DNA of 64,000 nt from an uncultured bacterium. Its GTDB lineage: Bacteria; AUK180. The stretch is taken from positions 1-64,000 of the forward strand of contig CALMGJ010000038.1 of NCBI GenBank assembly GCA_937863565.1, read 5' to 3'. The number at the start of each line of letters is the position of its first letter. Position 1 is the stretch's first letter. The notes beneath the pieces were generated by a model that saw only the letters and a program-made list of their open reading frames with translations, searched no databases and was not told where the DNA came from. Made by a program: the position numbers and the translations under genes. Of the stretch, positions 57,164-64,000 are shown piece after piece.

Positions 57164-60126
57164 TCGTGGAGATCTTCAGACGCACGGCCAATAAGGTCAT
57201 TATTATCCTCATTGCAGTGCTTTTTTCCGGATTGCTCCTTAATATGGACCGATCGGCCTCGCTCATGTTCGAGAAGAAAATAGAAAAAGCAGAAAAGCTT
57301 TTTATTTCGGGAAGGTCCCCGGGAAAATATCTTAAGGATATTAAATGGAGCATTGTCGATCTGACCGGTCCCGTGCCCGTCGTGGATAACGATTATTTCC
57401 ATATCGAAGGGAAATTGAAAACGGGGATCACGGAAGATAACTACCGCAATACCGTCCTTGTCATTGAACATCCGTCGGGAAAAAAATTCCTTTTCTTGAA
57501 GATCGGCTCTTTTCTGAGCCTGGAAAAAGATAAAAGCATTGAAACATACCTTTCAAAAAGAACGGGATTCAATTACAAGGTGCTGCCGTACAGGACCGAA
57601 TCGGCACCCGGAAGGAAACAGGATAAAGATGATAAATACGGCCTTTATTTCAACTCCCGCAACGGGGTCTGTTTTATAAATCCTCTTATTCTTATTTTCG
57701 CCGCATTGATACTCGCGGCTTCCCTGATCAATGTCCACTTTGTTCTCGATATCCTCATCATCGGAGCATCGCTCATTTTCCTGAAATTAACCGGCTCGAA
57801 CATGCACTTCATTTTCTTTCCCCTCTGCTGCATGCTTTTCAAACTCAAGTCCCCGCTTCATATCGCGCTTCTGAATCTCATCGCGCTTCTATGTCTCATC
57901 GCCTTCTACCATCCGTTGGCCGTTTTTTATTTGCTGGCGCTTCTCATTAAGATCTTAAGGGGTGAACTGAAATTACCGCTTCCGGTAATGCTGGCCTTCC
58001 TTTTAATATTTACCATCCTCGATATTTGGAATCTTCTCATGCTTCCGGCGCTTCTTGTCTTCATTTTCCCGGGAAAGAAACGTCCCGGCGAAGTAACGAT
58101 ATTCTTCTGGCTTATCCTTACCCTGGTTTCGCTGATCCTTTTCAAGGATTCCTCGTTCGAACATAAAATTAAAAAGGACCTTAGGACCCATGCGGGCAAT
58201 GAGCTTGTGAAACATGCTATTTTGAACGGGCAGACGAACTTCATTTCCTATATTTTTTCACAGTATTATTCAAGGGATATTCCCGTTCAGATAACATTGA
58301 GCGACGTATCCGGCTCCGTTCTGGACAATTTCACGCCTACCGATATGTTCGGCATGACTCCCGGCCCTTCCGACTTGCGAAGCATGAAGCGTATTGAACT
58401 GAACGGCATAGAATATGACTATATAGTCCTTAAAGAGGATATCTATGTGAAGAAGAGCATTGTAGGTTCCATTAGGGCGGCTTTTTTCAAGGAACGCGGC
58501 CCGGGGATCTCGGATATTACGAGATTTGTAAAGATATCGGGGTATGTATTCGTCTTTTTCATGATCTTCATCACGTTATTATTCTTAAAGACCATAGTTA
58601 CGAACATAACGAGTATCTTCAATAATCTTCTTGCAAAGATCTGCATCACTTTTCTCTTCGGCGGCGTTGTGCTGTTCCTGATCTTCAATGAATTCTACTT
58701 TCAGAATCAGGTGCAAAGAAGCCGTACTATGATGCGCAATAGCGCTTATAATTTCTTCAATACGGTCAATAATGAGGCCGGTTACGCGGAGAAGACCCTT
58801 GCGGGTATGAACATAGGCCCTTCGCAATTCTATTTCGAGAACCTTCACGTCACGATACAGGAAGGCGTACGGGATAAAGCGGCCGGCTGGCATCTATACG
58901 AGGGCGCCGACAGCAGGCTTTATTATACAAAAGCGTTCAAAGAGAACATGACCATCAAGATCCTGTTCAGGGACCTTATTTTCAAAACCAACAGGACCGA
59001 TATCATGCCGTTGACGATATATAAAAACGGCATTATCGCGTTCAACTCGAATATCAGGGGCATCGTAACAAACCGTTTGCCCGGGTATCTTGGAGATGCG
59101 CATGACGGGTTCACGATGAAGAACGAATATCTTTTCTTCAATGTCCTGCAGAAAACGGGGACCGATTCTTTTCTTATTGCCTTCGGATATGCGCTTCAGA
59201 ACAAGGATCTCAATATCTGGTTCTTCTTCGGCATCTATTATCTTGCCCTGCTGTTCATCCTCATATCCGCTATCCTTATAATTGATTTTACGATAAAAAG
59301 ATTAACCGTTATCCGCAATGCCTTTATAAATCTGAGAAGCGGCGATCACAGTTTCAGGATAGCGATACGTGAACCCGGCGAATTCGGAGAATTGTTCAAT
59401 GACTTCAATTCGATGGCGGAAAGGCTTGAGGAATCGAGGAAGAAGGAATTGGAGGTTGAAGCATTGAAGAACCTCGAAAAGGTCGCCAAAAGGATAGCGC
59501 ACGAGATAAAAAACCCGATCACTCCCGTGAAAATGCTCCTGGACCATCTGAACTTTCTCTATGAGAACGACAAACAGGAATTCGAAACGATCTATAAAAG
59601 TTCCTCGGCGATCATTAATGAACAGATAGAATATCTGAGATCGCTCTCCGAGGATTTTTACTATTACAGCAAAGTGTCGACACTCAATAAGACCGTGTTC
59701 GATATGGACCCTTTCCTGAACGATATTGGGATCATGTATAAAGGACTTCTAGAGAAGAACGGAATATCCCTGAAGATGAAGACGGGACCGCACATTAAGA
59801 TCAAAGCAGATAAGAACATGCTCCGGCATGTGTTCATTAATATCATTCAGAACTCAATAGATGCGCTCAAAGGAAATAGGGGAGAAATATCGATCCTGAT
59901 ATCACAGGAGAACGGGAGGATAAGGATGGTCTTCGAAGACAATGCGGGCGGCGTTCCCGAAGAACTGCTTCAGAAGATATTCCAATCTGATTACTCGACG
60001 AAGAAAGCGGGAATGGGCATAGGATTGACTTTCGTGAAGAATGCTGTTGAATTGCACTTCGGTTCCGTAAAAGCGGAGAATACGGGAACAGGGCTCAGAA
60101 CTGAGATCTTGCTTCCAGATCTTTGA
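57160..60126 (+). CDS. Large multi-TM sensor histidine kinase (HAMP-HisKA-HATPase, NtrY-like H-box)
   Basis: EFGEL..DFN.MA, AKRIAHEIKNPITP, NIIQNS.DA, DNAGG and STK..G.GIGL motifs; start uncertain. Confidence 0.9.
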   Translation: MIVEIFRRTANKVIIILIAVLFSGLLLNMDRSASLMFEKKIEKAEKLFISGRSPGKYLKDIKWSIVDLTGPVPVVDNDYFHIEGKLKTGITEDNYRNTVLVIEHPSGKKFLFLKIGSFLSLEKDKSIETYLSKRTGFNYKVLPYRTESAPGRKQDKDDKYGLYFNSRNGVCFINPLILIFAALILAASLINVHFVLDILIIGASLIFLKLTGSNMHFIFFPLCCMLFKLKSPLHIALLNLIALLCLIAFYHPLAVFYLLALLIKILRGELKLPLPVMLAFLLIFTILDIWNLLMLPALLVFIFPGKKRPGEVTIFFWLILTLVSLILFKDSSFEHKIKKDLRTHAGNELVKHAILNGQTNFISYIFSQYYSRDIPVQITLSDVSGSVLDNFTPTDMFGMTPGPSDLRSMKRIELNGIEYDYIVLKEDIYVKKSIVGSIRAAFFKERGPGISDITRFVKISGYVFVFFMIFITLLFLKTIVTNITSIFNNLLAKICITFLFGGVVLFLIFNEFYFQNQVQRSRTMMRNSAYNFFNTVNNEAGYAEKTLAGMNIGPSQFYFENLHVTIQEGVRDKAAGWHLYEGADSRLYYTKAFKENMTIKILFRDLIFKTNRTDIMPLTIYKNGIIAFNSNIRGIVTNRLPGYLGDAHDGFTMKNEYLFFNVLQKTGTDSFLIAFGYALQNKDLNIWFFFGIYYLALLFILISAILIIDFTIKRLTVIRNAFINLRSGDHSFRIAIREPGEFGELFNDFNSMAERLEESRKKELEVEALKNLEKVAKRIAHEIKNPITPVKMLLDHLNFLYENDKQEFETIYKSSSAIINEQIEYLRSLSEDFYYYSKVSTLNKTVFDMDPFLNDIGIMYKGLLEKNGISLKMKTGPHIKIKADKNMLRHVFINIIQNSIDALKGNRGEISILISQENGRIRMVFEDNAGGVPEELLQKIFQSDYSTKKAGMGIGLTFVKNAVELHFGSVKAENTGTGLRTEILLPDL

Positions 60127-61414
60127 CCAACCCGGCGAGTTCATCCCCTTCTTTTAGAAAGAACATCCGTTCATAGATCCCGATAAGCTGAAGATAACCC
60201 TCCATATCCTCCTTTGGAAGAGGTTTCCCGCTGCCGCCCTTAAGGGAATTCGGGTTGATCCATACGCCCTGTTTCTTCACGCGGAAATCCAGATGAGGAC
60301 CGGTTGCGAGCCCGGTGGCCCCAACATACCCGATCACTTCGCCCGTTTTCACTTTCTTTCCCGTTCTGAGGCCTTTTGCGTATCTGGAAAAATGGTTATA
60401 AATAGTCTCATATCCGTTGGCATGCTGTATCGTGACCGATTTCCCGGCGCCGCCGAACCACCCCATTTTTTTTACAAAACCGTCTCCGACCGTGTAAACG
60501 GGCGTGCCTGCCGGAGCCGAGTAATCTATGCCGTGATGAGGTTTGTAGACTTTCAAAACGGGGTGATAACGCTTCCCCGTATAACGGGACGATATCCGTT
60601 TGAACTTCAGCGGATATTTCAGGAAGGATTTCATTTTATTCTTTCCGTCCTTGTCGAAATACCCCTGATTCTTTCCCGATCTGAAAAAATATGCATCTGA
60701 CGAGATCCGCGCTCCCATATATTTTACAGCGAGCACCTTCCCGTAATTGATATTTCCGAACCCGCCCGTAAATTTCTCAAAGATCACAGCGATCCGGTCA
60801 TCCTTTCGGATATCTTTGAAAAAGTCAATATCCCACTTGAAGACATCCGCGATATTATTGACAAGCTCGTCTGTCTCATCGATCGTTTTGACCGCACTGT
60901 AAAGAGAACTTGTAATAGAGAACTCCTTGACCAGTACCTGCTTGAGAATGGGAACAGTGATAACCGAGAAATCCCACTTCAGGTCATCTCCGAGAAACAG
61001 GGTTCCGAAAGTATCTTTTTTATCCGTCAGAAAATCGAGAGCGAATGGTTTTCCGTCTTCGGAATATATGATGAACTCGGTCTTCAAAGGGAAAAACCTC
61101 GGATGAACCTTGTTCTTTTTCAGTACTTCGAGGATATTGTTGATATCCGCATCCTCAAAGCCGTTCCCCTTAAGGATCCCGATAAAAGTATCGCCCTTTT
61201 TAAAAATAATGTTCTTGCTGCTGAAATCCGTACCCGGGATCTCGGTTATTGCCACAACGGCCTCAGATGCCTTCTCCTGCCTTGCCGGAGGGATCGCCAC
61301 TGCGGCCAAAGTTACGAAGAGAATGAAAGGAATGAAGAACGCATGATAATCATTACTTTTAGAAAGTACCGGTCCGATCACGGAACGGAAAAAAGCATTA
61401 CTCCTCTTCTTCAT
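60095..61414 (-). CDS. M23-family peptidoglycan endopeptidase (MepM-like)
   Basis: F.WDIDF..DIR, RISS....R.HP, H.GIDY.AP.GTP and [10 protein letters not shown] motifs. Confidence 0.93.
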   Translation of the reverse strand: MKKRSNAFFRSVIGPVLSKSNDYHAFFIPFILFVTLAAVAIPPARQEKASEAVVAITEIPGTDFSSKNIIFKKGDTFIGILKGNGFEDADINNILEVLKKNKVHPRFFPLKTEFIIYSEDGKPFALDFLTDKKDTFGTLFLGDDLKWDFSVITVPILKQVLVKEFSITSSLYSAVKTIDETDELVNNIADVFKWDIDFFKDIRKDDRIAVIFEKFTGGFGNINYGKVLAVKYMGARISSDAYFFRSGKNQGYFDKDGKNKMKSFLKYPLKFKRISSRYTGKRYHPVLKVYKPHHGIDYSAPAGTPVYTVGDGFVKKMGWFGGAGKSVTIQHANGYETIYNHFSRYAKGLRTGKKVKTGEVIGYVGATGLATGPHLDFRVKKQGVWINPNSLKGGSGKPLPKEDMEGYLQLIGIYERMFFLKEGDELAGLVKDLEARSQF

Positions 61415-62948
61415 AGAATTCAAGCAGATTCTTACTTCTCGAAGGATGTCTTAATTTTCTTACGGCCTTTGATTCGATCTGCCGGACCCTTTCCCTTGTG
61501 ATATTGAAAATATTCCCAACTTCTTCAAGGGTCTTTGGGGTTTCACCGTTCAGTCCGAACCTGAGACGGACTATTTCCGCTTCGCGCGTTTCCAGCGATG
61601 CCAGGACATGGTTAAGTTTCTCCTTAAGCATGATGTGGCGGAAATGCTTCTCGGGTGACTCGATCTGATCAGATGCTATGAAATTTTCGAGTGATGTATC
61701 GTCCTTGTCCCCGATGGGTGAATCCAGGGAAACCGGGTTCTTGACCGAATCCATGATGCGAAGGATCTTTTCAAGGTCAGTCTCCAGATGTTCCGAGATC
61801 TCCTTCGTGGTCGGTTCCCTTCCAAGACGGATGGTCAGTTCTGAAAACGCTTTATTGACCTTATTCTTCGTTTCTATCAGATGTACCGGTATCCTGATCG
61901 TCCGGGACTGGTCCGCGATAGATCTCGAAATGGCCTGCCTGATCCACCAGGTGGCATAAGTGGAAAATCTGTACCCTTTCTGATATTTGTATTTTTCTAT
62001 GGCCTTCATAAGGCCGATATTGCCTTCCTGGATAAGATCAAGAAACGTCATGTTGGAATTCACGAATTTCTTGGCATAAGAGATCACGAGTTTGAGATTG
62101 GATTCCGCCATCTTTCTTTTCGCTTCATTGATGATGTTCTGCACTTTTTCGATCTTCCTGTATATCCTTTCTACCTCCCATTTCTTATAATAATCGTCAA
62201 TCTCCTCTTCGCTGCTTCGCAGTTTTTTCAGGATCTGGTCGATAAGCCTTTTAAAGAACTGATCGCTCAGATGAAAGCCCATGACGAGCTCATTCAAGCG
62301 CTCACGTCTCAATACGATCTCATTTGAATGCCGGACGGAGCCTTCATTCAGAAGTTCAAGGATCTCCGCCCGCAGAGTGCAAACATCCTCGTAGTTCTTT
62401 ATAAAACGCTTCATCTCCACTTTTTTATGTTCGGAGTTCATTTCATAGGCGTCCTCGAAGATGATGACCTTCTCAATCTTATCATTGCCTTCGTTCTTCT
62501 CCTCCTTGAACCGGCGGTAAAAGAATCCGAGAAAACCGATATTGACCTCGAGCATCGCTATGAGTTTGGCGAGTTCCCGGCGGCCTTTCTCGATCGTCTC
62601 GAATGTGGCGATCTCCTCTTCAGGCGACAAGCGCGAATATTTCCCCATATCCTTGAGGTAGAGGATAAGCGGGTTCTTCGAGCGCTGCTTGATCGTCTCC
62701 TCCTCGAAGATCATCTGGTTCTTCTCCTCTTCGGAGAGCTGTATCTCGTTGTCCGGGATAAAATAATCCTCTTCGCTGCTGTATTGAAGTGTGATGCTGT
62801 TCTTCCCGAGATTCTCGATCAGTTCGTCGACATCATCGATCGTGAACGTAGTGGGAATGAGCTTGTTCAATTCATCATACGTTATCTGATTTTTATTGAG
62901 GGCCTTGATCTTTGTGATCACCTTTTCCATTCTTTTAACTTTATCCAT
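61398..62948 (-). CDS. rpoD: Primary RNA polymerase sigma factor
   Basis: [43 protein letters not shown] and [18 protein letters not shown] motifs; downstream of dnaG. Confidence 0.96.
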   Translation of the reverse strand: MDKVKRMEKVITKIKALNKNQITYDELNKLIPTTFTIDDVDELIENLGKNSITLQYSSEEDYFIPDNEIQLSEEEKNQMIFEEETIKQRSKNPLILYLKDMGKYSRLSPEEEIATFETIEKGRRELAKLIAMLEVNIGFLGFFYRRFKEEKNEGNDKIEKVIIFEDAYEMNSEHKKVEMKRFIKNYEDVCTLRAEILELLNEGSVRHSNEIVLRRERLNELVMGFHLSDQFFKRLIDQILKKLRSSEEEIDDYYKKWEVERIYRKIEKVQNIINEAKRKMAESNLKLVISYAKKFVNSNMTFLDLIQEGNIGLMKAIEKYKYQKGYRFSTYATWWIRQAISRSIADQSRTIRIPVHLIETKNKVNKAFSELTIRLGREPTTKEISEHLETDLEKILRIMDSVKNPVSLDSPIGDKDDTSLENFIASDQIESPEKHFRHIMLKEKLNHVLASLETREAEIVRLRFGLNGETPKTLEEVGNIFNITRERVRQIESKAVRKLRHPSRSKNLLEFYEEEE

Positions 62949-64000
62949 CTATATTTCCTCCGATATTTTTCAACAGGTTCTGCATATTGTCGTTAAGATA
63001 CGCCATTCTTTCGAACAGTCCGGCCTCTCCCGTAGTTTTTTTTGCTTTGATCTCGCTGAGTTCATATGTTATCCCGAATATGTTGGCCAGCTTGCCGAAC
63101 CGCCGGAACGTATCGAGGACCTTGGTCCCGCCCTCTTCGCTTTTTTGTTCGCTTTCTAGCATATACCCCGTAAGGGCGGGAATAAAGTCGGACCCGCCGT
63201 TCTCTTCGAGAAAAAAAACAAAAGCGCCGACATTATCATTGCCCAGTTCTATGAAATCCTTAAGAGAAACCACAAGATTATAATGTTCGTGCATGACGAG
63301 GAATTCAGTATTCATGTTCCTGAACTCGTCGCGGCAGGCATCGAAATGGCAGACCGTATAAGACAGAAACCGTGAGAACGCATCATTGAATTTCCGCTTA
63401 TGGTCCGGTTCTTTTTCCTTTTCAGACTCCTTCTCCTTCTTCTCGTATCTTATTTCGCTGAACTTCTGATAATCCTCGAGGATGAACGGCAGTTTATATC
63501 CGAAATAAAAGGTCATTGAATCAAGAAATTCATTTTTATCATCATTGGAAACCATTTTCTTCAATACGGAAAGGGAAGCGCGGTAAGCCTCCTCCTTCGA
63601 CCTTTTATCTGAAAAATCGTGTGTCTTCTTCAAGTATTCGTGAAAGAACACCGCCCAGGTTGGGGAACCGTTCGCCAGCATGAACGATCTCATCTTCTCG
63701 GCGCCGTGTTTTGCGATGAATTCGTCGGGATCCTTTTCGGGAAGTCTGAAGACCTTCCCGTTTATTCCGAATCGGAAAAGTATTTCAATGGCTTTAAATG
63801 CGGCCTTCTCTCCTGCCTCGTCCGAATCAAGAAGGATATTGACAGTGTTCGTGAATCGCTTGATCACATATGCCTGATCTTCCGTAAGCGCTGTTCCCGA
63901 ACTTGCTGCGATATTGCGTATCCCGTTCTCGAAAAGGGCCAAAAAGTCGAAGTACCCTTCTACGAGCACCGCGGATTTCTCCTTTTTAATGTATTCTTTG
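62941..64000 (-). CDS. dnaG: DNA primase, 3' part (runs off the window)
   Basis: TOPRIM motifs LVEGYFD, GTALT, D.DEAG..A and KDPDE; upstream of rpoD. Confidence 0.95.
   Translation of the reverse strand, partial: KEYIKKEKSAVLVEGYFDFLALFENGIRNIAASSGTALTEDQAYVIKRFTNTVNILLDSDEAGEKAAFKAIEILFRFGINGKVFRLPEKDPDEFIAKHGAEKMRSFMLANGSPTWAVFFHEYLKKTHDFSDKRSKEEAYRASLSVLKKMVSNDDKNEFLDSMTFYFGYKLPFILEDYQKFSEIRYEKKEKESEKEKEPDHKRKFNDAFSRFLSYTVCHFDACRDEFRNMNTEFLVMHEHYNLVVSLKDFIELGNDNVGAFVFFLEENGGSDFIPALTGYMLESEQKSEEGGTKVLDTFRRFGKLANIFGITYELSEIKAKKTTGEAGLFERMAYLNDNMQNLLKNIGGNIDG

Noticed and set aside
61378-61398. Alternative M23 start at the TAATG overlap with the rpoD stop, after GAGGAG
   Set aside because: It is out of frame and stops after 6 codons; ATG 61414 is in frame.

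Overview
This 64 kb window comes from a gene-dense bacterial chromosome read with the standard code (TGA is used as a stop). The organism is probably diderm (OmpA, TonB, lipoproteins) and its core proteins are divergent; I cannot assign a taxon. Bases 1-15,070 hold the 3' end of tuf and a complete S10-spc-alpha ribosomal superoperon (rpsJ to rplQ, with secY, adk, map, infA and rpoA). Next come an archaeal-type phosphoglycerate mutase, MATE/AEC/MFS transporters, a TonB/DUF1318/TlpA/HIT cluster, an SgmX-like TPR protein with an ExeA-like ATPase, tRNA-Gly(CCC), PHP, MoxR and tldDE. At 32.5-35.1 kb is an AT-rich island of three divergent paralogous secreted beta-strand proteins. The rest comprises DUF59-acyl-CoA ligase-Fur, degP behind a sigma54 promoter facing an NtrC-type system, nadC, a membrane pyrophosphatase, yebC-EF-G-like-ruvCAB-pspC, tRNA-Thr(CGT), a DUF2723 GT-C protein, OmpA, a nucleotide-sugar dehydrogenase, a phosphate acyltransferase, a large sensor kinase, an M23 peptidase, rpoD and a partial dnaG. 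No CRISPR array, rRNA, integrase or transposase was seen. Three observations stand out. (1) The island looks like a cassette array with repeated GGGG...CCC junctions, lying between an orphan signal-peptide ORF and an orphan C-terminal fragment. (2) The first base of tRNA-Gly is the G of the upstream TAG stop codon. (3) A ~210 bp strand-asymmetric fold-back element sits at 39 kb. All calls are by eye; no searches were run.
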